Positions 27,640-40,987 of a stretch of DNA of 64,000 nucleotides are shown here, piece after piece. The position numbers and the translations under genes are program-made. The stretch is taken from contig OZ024740.1 of the NCBI GenBank assembly GCA_964016885.1, forward strand, positions 258,788,001-258,852,000, read 5' to 3'. The stretch is from Eledone cirrhosa. Its lineage: Eukaryota. The stretch's first letter is position 1; each line of letters starts with the position of its first letter. Below the pieces are notes generated by a model, which was given only the letters and a program-made list of their open reading frames with translations, had not been told where the DNA came from and did not search any database.

Positions 27640-28150
27640 AGAAACTGACCATCAGAATGCCATGTTAAAACGATTACATGGCTAATACTCAATAAACCGA
27701 AATAGAAATGAAATAGACAAAGAAAACACACAAAACTGATTCCGAAGAACTGGACTAAGAGCTGAGGCGGAAGCATTTCTAATTGCAGTACAAGACTAAC
27801 GCCTACCCACCAGAGACTACCAGAAGTACATAATGAAACAAACCACATTAAGTCACTCTAGAATATGTGGAGATAGGAAAGGAACAATCAACCACATTGT
27901 TTCTGGATGCCCAGCTCTATTCAAAAAGGAATATATCCACAATCATGATAGAGTTGGGACTCTATATATATACACTAGAAGATATGAAGCATTATGAAAT
28001 ACCAACAGAAAAAAGGATGGTATAAACGCACAACAGAAAAAGCGCCAGAGAATGACAAAGCAACCGTTCTCTGGGATATGCCAATATATACAGGCAGCGA
28101 GATCAAAGCCAACCGACCAGATATTATAGTCAAAGACCACAAATAAAAAA
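27640..28150 (+). mobile_element. R4/Dong-like LINE C-terminal fragment (CCHC knuckle plus restriction-like endonuclease)
   Basis: GLRAEAEAFLIAVQD, RICG...TINHIVSGCP.L.KKEY..HD, VLWDMPI, KANRPDIIVKD. Confidence 0.8.
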
Positions 28151-28689
28151 AAAACATGCCTTCTAACAACTGTAAAGTTCAAATAAATATATAAAACAAA
28201 CATTTAATCCAAACACCGATTATGGCAGAAGAACATCGAGTTAAATATGGAATAAATAAGAAGTGCCATATAACCCATACCTTTTGATTAAATGTTTGTT
28301 TTATATATTTATTTGAACTTTACACGTCACAACTATAAATATTAACATTTTCTACATAAATTTTTTATATAACCTCTTGCATAAAGATCTTTGCCTGTAA
28401 CTAATTCAGCATATAATGCTTACATAACACATATATGCATGCTATCACTACACATCTGTCTTAACTTAATGCATGCTATTATTAACATTCTTTGTATAAT
28501 ATGCTTCATATATTGACTTTAAGTAACGCTCTCTTTATAATACTTTTCAATATTTTAATATCTTTTCATTGTAATATTATTTTGTTCTTCTTGCTCTTCA
28601 ATATAATGTTACTGACACTATTAATTATAATGTATCTTAATGAATGTTCTAAAGATTAAGAATTTAATTACTTGTTTTAACATTGTATA

Positions 28690-28736
28690 TGCTCCGATAT
28701 ATCCAGACATTTGTCTGGAAGAAACGATCGTCAGCA
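28690..28736 (+). ncRNA. Degenerate hammerhead, CCGA family
   Basis: tgct-CCGATA-tatccagac attt gtctggaa-GAAA-cgatcg-TC-agca. Confidence 0.55.
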
Positions 28737-28897
28737 ATTAAACGCATTAAACAAAAATTTGAATATTTTCTAAGTTGTATTTCTACTCTGTAATATATCT
28801 GATATTTTACATTGAGCTAATTTTTTTACTGGTAATTGTGTAATATGAAATATTACCCTTGTCTTATTTATAATTGTTTATAGATTATATATATATA

Positions 28898-30790
28898 TAA
28901 ATAATGGAAACTTGGCGTATATTAACTATCAATCTAACTATTCTAAATCTATAATTAACTCTATAGTTAATAACGCATTACTTAGAATATCCCGCCAATC
29001 ATCCTCTCTGGAAATATTTAATGAACATGCTGAGTACTATAACAATGCATTACGAAAGGCAGGGTATATGAGTGAGCTAAAATACATGGATGGAAGTGAG
29101 CGAGGTAGATATATTAAACACCACCATACTAGAGGCAAGCCGTATTCTAAAATTAATTATAAATACTCTCCTCACAGGCAGAATACCAATAATAGAGAAC
29201 AACAAGAAGGTAAGATTACTCTTAATCCCCTGGAAAAACCCATAAATAATAACCCAGTGTTCAACATTGCAATTAAGTCTAGACTACCCTTCATGTTCTT
29301 GATCAACAAGAATCTCCTGCAGTCACACAAATACCATAACATATTAAACAGAAATACTATTAGGTTATCTTACTCAACCTCGATGAATCTGGATTGTTAC
29401 ATAAAGGCATTGAATAAGAAACGCTTAAGCACCTTTGATACTGAACAAATTCCACTATTAAAGCAATCCCATTGGATGTTCTGAACCAGAGCGGGAATAT
29501 AGACGTAAGGCATTAAAAACTAGAAGTTGGAAATTTAATATACCACAACCTATTCTCATACCTACCACATCTAATAGCAACAAAAATAATAATAGGAACC
29601 ATCACATAGGAAAGATATAAGATGGCCACGACACGAAAGCTGCCCCATACAGAATATGTGTATGTGCAGTAACATGGAATACCGGTGTGTAATCAGTAGA
29701 AACAAACAAAAAGTAAAATATATAGGAGCTACTTCAACTATATTTAAGAAACGGCGATATGTTCACACGCATTCCTGCAAAAATTCAGTATATATATACA
29801 CTGATTTTAATGCATTATTTTAATCCTTGGCGGTGGATTGGCAGTATCGGTAGAGGGTCGGACGCCATGCTTTCCAGCATAGTTACGTCCCTTTACGATC
29901 TGAGTTCAAATCCCGCCGAGGTTGACTTTGCCTTTCATCCTTACGGGGTCGATAAAATAAAGTACCAGTAATGCACTGGGTAATTGCTGGCCTTGTGCCT
30001 AAAGTAGAAACAATTATTTTAATCCTTTTGATTATCTTAACCCTTTCGGTCATTGAGTAAAACTGTTGAAGGCGGGCATCACACACACATATACATAGGT
30101 ATGTGCGTGTCATTAAATATTTCCAGAGAGGATGATTGGCGGGATATTCTAAGTAATACGTTATTAACTATAGAGTTAGGATGGTTAGATTGATAGTTAA
30201 TATACGTCAAGTTTCCATTATTTTTATGGTAGGGTTCGACTAGACCTGAGTTGAGATTCAGACTCACATCCAAGAAGTTAGCTATCTTAAAATTATGTTC
30301 GAACATTATTTTTAGGCCTATTCTATCGAAAAAGATCTAATTTGTTTACATATTCTCTCTAATTTCTGACCATTGGTGTTTTTAATTAACAGAAGAGCAT
30401 CATCTCTATAAATTCCTTCTAGAAGGTTACTAAATTCCTTATGGAGGATATGGGCTATGTACATACCTATTACATCTGTTACCTGTCACTAGAGCCCATA
30501 GTGATACCAAAGCCATCTACTCTATCCCTACATACACAGTATTCATACTCGAACGCAATAACTGGTCGTCTAGCTGTTATTATTATACTAATTTCTTCTC
30601 TAATTAGATCTGAGTTCTTTTTAGCGAAAGCGAGAGTTTTGTTATTACATGGCACCTCAATTTCTGTTGAATGTTTGCAGGGACTCCACTTGAATTCCGA
30701 TTACGAAGTGAACACTTCAAAACATCATGCTTCACTTGCTTTTTCTCAAAGACATAACATCCATATTTGATTACCTTTCTCCATGATGTA
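28898..30790. mobile_element. Rearranged PLE: plus-strand thumb/GIY-YIG piece (28898-29790) and minus-strand RT piece (30110-30790) that share ~120 bp in inverted orientation
   Basis: YINYQSN...LRISRQSS on both strands; ANFLDVSLNL; FGITMGSSD on minus; YIGATST on plus. Confidence 0.75.
29829..30012 (+). mobile_element. tRNA-derived SINE with TSD attattttaatcctt
   Basis: Pol III boxes; core gactttgcctttcatccttacggggtcgataaaataaagtacc (Deu/Nin-type central domain); TSD at 29814-29828 and 30013-30027. Confidence 0.9.
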
Positions 30791-30888
30791 TGAAAATTAA
30801 GAGAAAGACATACATACATACATACATACATACATACATAGATACATACATACATACATACATACATACATACATACATACATACATA

Positions 30889-31424
30889 CATGGTGGCTGC
30901 CACTACTTTATATCCATGTAGGAGAACCCCTACCGATGCGTGTGACTTTTTAATCCAGCCAGCGACTTGAAAACTCTGGTACAAACACTACACTTGTGAC
31001 AATTATTGACACATAGTGCTGGGCCCATGGTACCATGTGACAAGTGCAGAGAGATCTCCAGATATAAAGCAATGCCTGTGCCGTGAAGCTTTTATAGTGA
31101 GCAAAGGCACTGCACAAAGCCAGTCCCACTCTCTTAACCAAGATGATATTTACCAAAAAGAAGAACAAGTCAACATCATTGGATACCATCAGGGTTGCAG
31201 GTGTTATATCAGAGTCTTCTTTCTCCTAGAATTCTGCCTTGACAAAGGCTAAGGGGTCATCTCTCTCGGTGATTTTGGATGGCCATTGACTCTTAAGAGC
31301 TCCTTTGCCCTTTGACAGGTTTTGTTTTTAGTCCTGCAAGATGTCCAAAGTCACACTCCTCACCAAGAAACCTTGGTGGGGTTGCCAGTTTAGTCGCCAA
31401 CGACCCGACCATGAGACAGGTTGT
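30889..31424 (-). mobile_element. RTE-like LINE derivative, apparently 5' UTR joined to 3' end, flanked by (CATA)n
   Basis: 3' part encodes the zinc-finger-like [17 protein letters not shown]; this 3' part is also found at 38867-39118. Confidence 0.55.
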
Positions 31425-31479
31425 ACATACATACATACATACATACATACATACATACATACATACATACATACATACA

Positions 31480-31510
<31 letters not shown>

Positions 31511-31699
31511 GTAAAGTATATTTAATCGAACCCTCACGGGTCCGATTAAATATACTTCCAATAAAGTCAAACTTGATCTATGCGGGATTTGAAACCAGAA
31601 CGTAGAAGTCCATAACGAAATACTGCAATGTATTTCGTCTGATTATATATACATAAAAAATAAATATCTCCCTCTCTCTATATATATATATGTAAAAGA

Positions 31700-31705
31700 G
31701 TAAAA

Positions 31706-31758
<53 letters not shown>

Positions 31759-31843
31759 ATTTCGTTGTGTATAATACACTCACGCACATGTAGTAAATAA
31801 ATAATTTTTCTATTTTATCTTGTTTACTTTTCCCACATATAAT

Positions 31844-31879
<36 letters not shown>

Positions 31880-31918
31880 ATTTATTATATATTATATTAT
31901 ATTATATATATATTATAT

Positions 31919-31970
<52 letters not shown>

Positions 31971-31985
31971 TATATTATATTATAT

Positions 31986-32080
<95 letters not shown>

Positions 32081-32415
32081 TATATATATATATATAGACA
32101 TATACATATATATATAATATATATATATATATATAATATAATATATATATATGTGTATATATATATAATATAATATATATATACACACATATATATATTA
32201 TTATATATATATGTGTATATATATTATATTATTTTTATATATATATATACACACATATATATATATTATTATTATATATATATATATATAAATATATATA
32301 TATATGTATATGTCTATATATATATATGTCTATATATATATATAATATAATATAATATATATATATATGTCTATATATATATATATATATAGACATATAT
32401 TATATTATATTATAT

Positions 32416-32446
<31 letters not shown>

Positions 32447-32465
32447 GACATATATGTATATAGAC

Positions 32466-32515
<50 letters not shown>

Positions 32516-32791
32516 TATATAATATAATATATATATAATATAATATAATATATATATAATATAATATATATATATATATATATTATTATATATATATATT
32601 ATATATTATATTATATTGTATATATATATTACATATATATTATATATATATTATATTATATATATGTATATATATATACACATATATATATTATATATTA
32701 TATTATATTGTATATATATATTATATATTATATTATATTGTATATATATATAATATATATATATTATATTATATATATGTTTATATTATAT

Positions 32792-32884
<93 letters not shown>

Positions 32885-32898
32885 CTATATATATATAC
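31700..32898. repeat. Long interrupted (TA)n array
   Basis: Direct inspection. Confidence 0.95.
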
Positions 32899-33294
32899 GC
32901 TTGTGACAAAATATGTCCTTTGTTTCAACAAATAACGGATAATGACGGAGAGGATGTAGAAATTAAAAGAAACTTTCTCTGTAAGTTTATCTATTCCGAC
33001 ATTGTTCCATTCCAACTCAACAAATGTTTACCATTTTTACTACGGCTTCGTTAATTAATCATATTCCTGTTGACATTTTACACAAACTTTCTTATCAACT
33101 CTTTATTTCCCTCGTAACATTTTCAACCAACGTATGTTCTTGTTGTTACTGTTATTATCATTATTGTTACTATTATTATTATTGTTATTGTTATTTTTGT
33201 TATATCACTAAATATTGTTGACAGTGTGTGTATATATGTTGGCGTTATGTAGATGTACGTGGGCTGTACATGAACGTATATGTATGCACCTACG

Positions 33295-33340
<46 letters not shown>

Positions 33341-33409
33341 TGTGTGTATGTATATATGCACACACACACAAACACACGCATAGACACACACCAACACACA
33401 CACATATAT

Positions 33410-33495
<86 letters not shown>

Positions 33496-33898
33496 GTAGA
33501 TACACACATGTGAGTGTAAATCTGTGCCTCTTGTAAGTGTTTCTGTATGTATTTTTCATTAGTCTCTATATATATGTGTGTTTATGTGTGTGTATATGTG
33601 TTTGTTATTTTTCTATTCGTCTTCGTGTATTGTTTGACTATATTTTGTTGTTGTTATTGTCATTTCTTTAATTAATGTAATTTAATTAATTTTCATTTCT
33701 ATTTGTATTTATGTTGTTTAGATTATCATTGGTAAAGCTTCTACTGCCTTTGGTGTTGTTGTTATTAATCTTGCTGTTGTTACTGTTATTACTGTTGTTG
33801 TTGTCGTTGTTGTTATTGCTGTTGTTATTCTATCTGTGGTCACTGTTACTGCTCTTATTACTCTTTTTATTTCCATTGTTGCGGACGTTGTTATTAGT

Positions 33899-34280
33899 AT
33901 GGCGAATTAGCAGTATCGGTAGACCGTCAGACTACATGCTTTGCAGCATATAGTTACGACCCTTTATGTTCTGAGTTCAAATCCCGCCGAGGTTAACTTT
34001 GACTTTCATCCTTACGAGGTCGAATCAGTCGACGTTGGCCCTCCTCAAATCCTTTAGCCTGAATCAGGAACAATTGTTATTAGAGCGGTGAGTTGGCAGT
34101 ATCGGTAGAGCATCGGACAACATGCCTCGCGACATATAGTTACGCACAAATCCCACCTTGGTTGACTTTGCTGTTCCTCTTTCTGAGGTCGATTAGTGCC
34201 AGTAATGCACTCGGGTCGATATAATTAATTTTCTCTTCTCACCAAAATTGATGGCCTTATGCAAAAATTAAAAACAGATA
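33899..34280 (+). mobile_element. Two tandem, diverged SINE copies
   Basis: Two gcagtatcggtaga heads and two gactttg...gaggtcga cores. Confidence 0.75.
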
Positions 34281-35821
34281 TTGTTTTCTCAGTTGTTATT
34301 GTCGTTGTTTTTGTCGTTATTTTTGCTGTTACTGTTGTTGTTGTTTTTATTATCTCTGTTTATGTTGTTGCTATTAGCATTGTTGTTGTTGTTATCACAG
34401 TTGTTATTGTCATTCTTCTTGTTAGTATTATTGTCATTGTTTGGATGTTGTTGCTGTTGTTATTGTCAATATTATTAATTTTATTATTATTGTTTTTGTT
34501 GTTGTTGTTATTATTGCGACTCTTGTTAATGTTGTTGTTGTTGTTACTAACACGTCATTTCTCTAAACATTTCTAAAGCTTTGTTTCAAGAACAAAATAA
34601 GAAAAAGGAAAAAAAGAAAAGGTGATGGTGAGGAGGTGAGGTGAAGATCGTAAGAGAGTGAGAAGAGAAGGAGGAGGAGCGTAGAAAGCGGAGAAGGGGT
34701 GGAGTATGAATAAACGGAGGAGGAGCATGTTACCCAATGCTTCTGCCAATCTACGGCCGCTGATAACAATACAAAACTATTACTAATTACGACTAAGAAC
34801 AGTTCCCCAATAGCAGAATACTGTGGTTTAATGCAATTCCAGAGAAAAGCCCACGCAAAACCCCGAATTAGTCGATCGGAGCCATCGAGGAATTGAATTG
34901 TGCCCTCTTCGATTTCTAGTCTGAGTGGACCCATTCAGCCATAGCACTCTCCCGGCTCTCACACTTCTTTCATAAAGCACACTGGAATGCAGCACCTCTC
35001 TCTAAACCCTCACCTTCCTCTTTATGTGGTACTTGAAGATCTTGATGTGTTACCTGTCCTCAAACCTTTTAGAGGTATCCACCAGTTAGCTTCTTTCGCC
35101 ATGACCATCATGCCGAGGAAAACTTGTCGCGCTTTCTTCTTTCGAAAGGAATGTATCGGTTTGATTTTAACTTCGTAACCACGCCGCAGCCAACCATGAT
35201 TGCTTCATATAATATCAACGACTATAATCGATACGAAGATGATTGACTTGATGCCTGATACGGCTGAACCCTTCACATGAGACATTGAAGTACAGTGTTA
35301 AGGTTTGTATGCCAAGACAAAGAATTAAAATTCAAGACAAGATGGCGCTAATCATTAGTCATAGAAGCAAGCATGGGAGATAACTCCTAGAGCCTTGGAT
35401 TAAGAGGAAAGTTGTAGATAAAAGAGCAATCGGCTGTTTACGTGATGGCAGCGATGCCAAGTTAACACGTGGTTAATTATCTTCAGATTAACGGGATATT
35501 CTGATAGGAACAAGAAAGACTTTTTCTAACAAGTAGATACAGTAGATACATAGAAAGATATTTTGGTGTGCAGGAGTAGGTGGTAGAGTGTTGAGATATA
35601 TGTGTGTATCTGTGCGTATGCAAGAGTGTGTCTGGATGCATGTAGATGTGAGTGTGTGATATGTATATGTGTGGCTGATATGTATATGTATGTGAGTGTC
35701 TGATATGTGAATGTGTATAATGTGTCTGTAATGGGCTTGATATTAGTGTTTGTACTTTATGTTGGGGAGGGTATGAGTGTATGTGTTTGTGGGTGGGGGG
35801 GGGGGTATGTGGGTATGAGTG

Positions 35822-35852
<31 letters not shown>

Positions 35853-36725
35853 AATGTATGTGATATAAAGATGTGTAGGTATGTCTCCGTGTGTGATCTA
35901 TTTGTGTGAGTGTTTTGTATGAATATGCAAGTAAGTGTGTGTGTTGTAATTGTATGTGTATGTGTGGGAGTTATAATGAAGGAGTGACATACTTTTTGTG
36001 GTGCGCAATGTATCTGTTGATTATATGGGTGCATCGGTATATGCAACTAATATATATTTATATATATGTGTGTGTGTGTGAGAGAGAGAGGGGGGGGGAA
36101 GCAAAAGATATGTACGCATATATAGCTACACAGACGGATAGGCCTGAAATTTGGTTTTGCTTGTGAGGTGTTCGGGAAATGGAACGAACGAGTTGTTAGC
36201 TTGAGAAAGAATAGGTTAAGCGGGTTGGGCACGTTGACGCAGGAACTGTCTATAATTAATGGGACCGAGGCGAAGCAATTTTTGAATGGGTTTTGCAAAA
36301 GGTATATCACAGAGCCTACGGATATATTATAACTTTAGTGGTAACGGAACATATAAGCTGAGTCCGAGGAATATTAATCAGTTGATAGTAAAGCTTAGGT
36401 GTGTAGTAGAGGATCTGAGTGGTTGCCAATACGAAGAGAAGAATATATCTGTAGCGAGAGTCTTTGGATACCCAAGACACACAAAACACCATTTGGGTGT
36501 AGATGTATAACAAGAGCTGGTAGGTGCACAAATAGACAAGTAGTTATTTTAATTAACGGAGCTTTAGCAGTAGTTAAAGAGGCTTTTGATAGATATTGTG
36601 GCGCACTTCTTGCAAATAGTGGAATAAATATGAGCTGGAGTATAGGGTCTACTGATGATTTTTAAATTAGATTGAATAGATTGAAGACGATAAAATCAAT
36701 GCACATGTATTATTTTCCCACCCTT

Positions 36726-36930
36726 TGGTGGATTGGCAGTAATGGGCGGTGGATTGGCAGTATCGATAGAGGGTCGGACGCCATGCTTTCCAGCATAGTT
36801 ACGTCCCTTTACGATCTGAGTTCAAATCCCGCCGAGGTTGACTTTGCCTTTCATCCTTGCGGGGTCGATAAAATAAAGTACCAGTAATGCACTGGGTAAT
36901 TGCTGGCCTTGTGCCTAAAGTAGAAACAAT
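36726..36930 (+). mobile_element. tRNA-derived SINE with TSD tattttcccacccttt
   Basis: Near-identical to 29829-30012; 16 bp TSD on both sides. Confidence 0.9.
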
Positions 36931-37489
36931 TATTTTCCCACCCTTTACATTAGATTGGAACTGGATTTAGTTAAAGAAAAGGGTGGGTGCTATAATAGAC
37001 CTGGATTTTTGTAATAAATTCAAGTACGTTTCTTTCGAGAACGACAAGAGAATTCATCTCTAGAGTAAGGTACAACGGATACGCTAATTGGACGAAGGTG
37101 AGGCTCATACAGGTGGTCCGGTTTATACATTACATTGGCGAGTAATGTTTTCAGGCAGGTAAGAGGCATAACAATGGCGGGAACAGTAGCTAGCTCCTGA
37201 TGTATTTATATTCATTCCCCCGTGAGTTTGACTAACTAGAGAGTTTTAAAGAGTTAAAAAGAATAGGCCTAATGAGGCAGTTGGGTGGATGTTGTAGTTA
37301 TATATTTGTTCCTAATTATAGGCATTTCGAGTGTTTGCTACAGAAGGTATACCCGAAGAGTTTAGAGGTGAATAGGAATGGAACGTTAGCAAGGTTAATT
37401 ATTTAGAACTCCCTATCGAGATAGAAGGCGGGATGGTAGTTACAAAGGTCTACAGTAAGCGTGGAGGAGCGTTGCCTAGAGGTAATTGT

Positions 37490-37728
37490 GTTGGACTTAC
37501 GATCAAAATGTCGTAGGTCCGATTCCTGGACTGGGTTGCGTGTTGTATTCTTGTACAAAACACTTCATTTCACGTTACTCCAGTATACTCAGCTGAAAAA
37601 GCTTACCATCAATAGCTAGGGAGTTAGCGTCCAGTCCAGGGGGAAGTATTGTACTCTCAGTCGCTTCACCAGGATAAGCACCAGCCTAAAGAGCCTTTGG
37701 CTTGAAACAGACTTTAGACTTTAGACAA
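37490..37728 (+). mobile_element. Second SINE family (CORE/V-SINE-like body)
   Basis: Degenerate B box, cttgtacaaaacactt, cgtccagtccaggggg, (agacttt)n tail. Confidence 0.55.
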
Positions 37729-38552
37729 TAAGACTAAGGATTTTAGCTCAAGGTGGCTTCAATTCCCTTAGCATCTAGCTGTGCACCAATATCTTTAGGC
37801 TACAACATGTTCTGCAGCCAAGTTATACGCTATGGTAGAATAGATGAATGTTTTTACGGAGGTAGTGAATTAACTTTTAAAAAACATGGTAGGACAGGAA
37901 TACAAAGAGAAATTTCTAATACGACGTTTTCCTCTGTGCCTTGGCGCTAATAGGGAGATTTTGGGAAAATTCGTTGTTATTTCTAGTTTGCAGATGAAAG
38001 ACATAGGACTTTGAAATTTAACTTATTAAGGCAGTGGAAGCTTAGCGCATTTAAGAAAGATTCCCCAATTAGGTTTTGGAAAGGTGGGATGGCTTCGGTT
38101 TGGTTAGGAAAGCGTTTGGTTTGAATTTATTTTAACTTATTCTTTTATTTATTTGCTTGAGATCTAAGTAAATTTTGATATATTTGCCATGATGTAGTAC
38201 TTTTGGTAAAACTAAGCGGGTGTAATTTTACATTGAAACTGTAGAACCTTTATCTGTAGGCTATGATGAACTATTTAGAATTTAGCTTTGTTTAGAGGTA
38301 ATAAAATTCTGTAAACCCTTTGTTGGTATTTCATTGACCCTTACTTGACTGAAGACGTCAGAGAATAGTGCTAAAGTATTGACTCCCTTGCTTGCTCGGC
38401 GACCACCAGACAAAACAAATGGGTAAGTCTTGTTTCGTTAAATTTTTTGGTTATTCTCTGACTACGTGATTGCATATTTTATGCTTGTATATTTTATTTA
38501 ATCTTAATCGTGGTTTACATTCAAGTGTATATTTTATATTTATTTTATATTA

Positions 38553-38718
38553 ATAATTGTTTCTACGTTTGGCACAAGGCCAGCAATTATCCCAGTGCAT
38601 TACTGGTACTTTATTTTATCGACCTTGTAAGGATGAAAGGCAAAGTTAACCTCGGCGGGATTTGAACTCTACCAATACTGCCAATACACCAATCAAGAAA
38701 GACGGTTTCATTTTGCAT

Positions 38719-38722
<4 letters not shown>
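38553..38722 (-). mobile_element. Internally deleted SINE with 5' extension, shared with 53455-53619
   Basis: Same deletion junction (gggatttgaa-ctctaccaatactgcc) and same flank aagaaagacggttt.attttgcatccc. Confidence 0.8.
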
Positions 38723-38755
<33 letters not shown>

Positions 38756-38800
38756 ATCAGAAAATTCTATAACCAAAAGGCGACGTAAAATGTGTGTGTA

Positions 38801-38866
<66 letters not shown>

Positions 38867-38868
<2 letters not shown>

Positions 38869-39115
38869 TGGTGGCTGCCAACTCGTTTTCGAGTACGGCC
38901 ACTACTTTATATCCATGTAGGAGAACTCCTACCGATGCGCTGAACGAGTGTGACTTTTTAGTCCAGCCAGCGACTTGAAAACTCTAGTACAAACACTACA
39001 CTTGTGACAATTATTGACACATAGTGCTGGGCCCATGTGATGACAAGTGCAGAGAGATCTCCAGATATAAAGCAATGCCTGTGCCGTGAAGCTTTTATAG
39101 TGAGCAAAGGCACTG

Positions 39116-39118
<3 letters not shown>
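38867..39118 (-). mobile_element. RTE-like LINE 3' end inserted in (TA)n
   Basis: [26 protein letters not shown]; matches 30889-31118. Confidence 0.65.
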
Positions 39119-39167
<49 letters not shown>

Positions 39168-39709
39168 TTTTGCGTCGCCTTTTGGTTATAGTATTTTCTG
39201 ATATCATATTTATATTTTCATCATGGATTCATTTCGCTTATTTCTGAATAAATTTGGGCTTTTCTTTATTCATATTTTGGTTTTTTGGTTATGCAATAGG
39301 AACTACACTTCTTTTATTCTTCGTCTTATAATCATTTTGTTCTTTTTTCTTTAATAGCTTAGTTTTTTATTTAATCCTAATTGTGTTTTACATTCGAGTG
39401 CATTCGATGCGTGACATCACGTCATCTTGGGGGATGGTTTGAGGGTTTCAGGTTAATGGTATATGGGAGAAGGTGGATCAAAGCCTATTACTTAATGGGG
39501 TTGTAGTCGCCGCTGCTAATAATGGATATTATTTAATGTCTATACTTATATAGAAACTACATAATTTGAGGACTGCAGCTTGAACATCCGTCTCCCACAT
39601 ACTCGTATTTAGTGCGGGTTAGGGTTTGGAGTATATGGATGATGTCAGAGGTGGGGATTTTAGAGGATTTCTTAGCTCTAATAGATAGATAGATAGACAG
39701 ATAGATAGA

Positions 39710-40010
39710 TATGTTTCTTTTATTTGCCACCAGGGCATCAAAAGTGGGACAAGTACAAAGGGGGGAGTTTACAAAACAAGGCGTCCTCAATAAGGAGGAG
39801 GCAATAACAAAATATAAAAATAAAATAAAATATAACAAAAAATAAAATTTATAACAAAATCCTCAATAGAAAAGAGGCGCCTTGGGGGGTCGCACCCCCC
39901 CCCCCCCCCGAAAAAAATGTGCAACCCTTCTCCTCAGGAGCACAGAAAGGGGGTGCTCCCTCGTTCCTTCCTCTTTTCCACCTACAGGCTTATGTAAAGA
40001 GAAGGCCCAA
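39710..40010 (-). mobile_element. L1-Tx1-like 3' end inserted in (GATA)n
   Basis: GPSLYISL* and a 3' UTR resembling 26285-26580; (GATA)n on both sides. Confidence 0.65.
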
Positions 40011-40955
40011 GATAGATAGATAAGATAGATAGATGAAGATATTGTAGACTAAGTCTATTGTAGTGTCGTTACAACCCCTGTAAAAATGTTACCCAAATAT
40101 AATGTTCTATGTGGGCCACAAACTCTTGATTAAGCCATAGAGAAACTCCGTATTGATATGCAGCGTGTCTTGGGGACCTAATCTTTGAGGCCACATGAAG
40201 TCAACACGAGCTGCGACTAATGAACCCGTGACTAACGAACCTGCAGAACCGGCGACACGTCTTTCCAAAACTCGTCTCCTGGACCGAGTTACAGTTCTGA
40301 ATGAGAAGCTGACTAAAATTGAACGTCTGGTATCTAGAATGATGGCAAGCGCTCAGCTGGACAACGCGATGGACGTCCACAAAATAACGGTTGATTATTA
40401 TAGAGGGTTAATGGATGGTATGAGCGATAATAGTATGGGAGCAGCTTAGTGCATCGACGAAGACAGTCTGAGCAGATTCTTGTAGAGGGCCTATAGATCA
40501 GAGATTATGGACAATTTTCGAAACACCATTGACAAGGAAGTGCTACAGAGATGTGTTACCAGAAAGAGTCAGATTCTATCTGCACTGCAGCGCCAGCAGT
40601 GGAACCTTTCGCAGATGCAAACAGTGCTTGAGGGCTTGTGTCGATCAAACGCTATCACGTGTAGGACAGTTAACCCTCAGTCGGGTTTACAATGAAAAGT
40701 GAATCCGTTCCAGTCATTCAAAAACACAAGCTGTCATATTCAAACTACTTTTGTCATGTATTTTCATTGAGGTTATAACTGTCTCTGACCATGTCAATGA
40801 GATAGATGCGCTGTCTTAATTAAGTCTCCAGCCAATAAGTGCTATTAGCTTCAAAATTCGATCTCAGATCATGGTACTTGCCAGACAAGTACAAGTCACT
40901 GAAATTTAAGTTTAAGTTTATCATTAACAAAATATCATAAATATATATATATATT

Positions 40956-40987
<32 letters not shown>

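Larger units (their letters stand above)
36170..38440 (+). mobile_element. Degenerate PLE of a different clade, interrupted by two SINEs
   Basis: YFPTLY (DFSTLY-like), QVRGI.M, VNYLEL.IEI..G...TKVYSKR, SQVIRYGR. Confidence 0.65.

Noticed and set aside
29829-30012. SINE heads as tRNA genes
   Set aside because: No cloverleaf; multi-copy with core, tail and TSDs.
32898-32986. Possible host exon (ACDKICPLFQQ...) ending at gtaagt
   Set aside because: No acceptor AG or pyrimidine tract and no recognisable homology.
33640-34560. Leu/Val-rich membrane-like ORFs
   Set aside because: They arise from (TTG)n/(TTA)n repeats.
34563-35300. 123 aa minus-strand ORF and adjacent possible LINE 3' remnant
   Set aside because: No recognisable motif, and the C-terminal half is simple repeat.
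38349-38430. CTGAAGA...gacAAAA hammerhead-like motif
   Set aside because: GAAA is missing and stems I and III are unconvincing.
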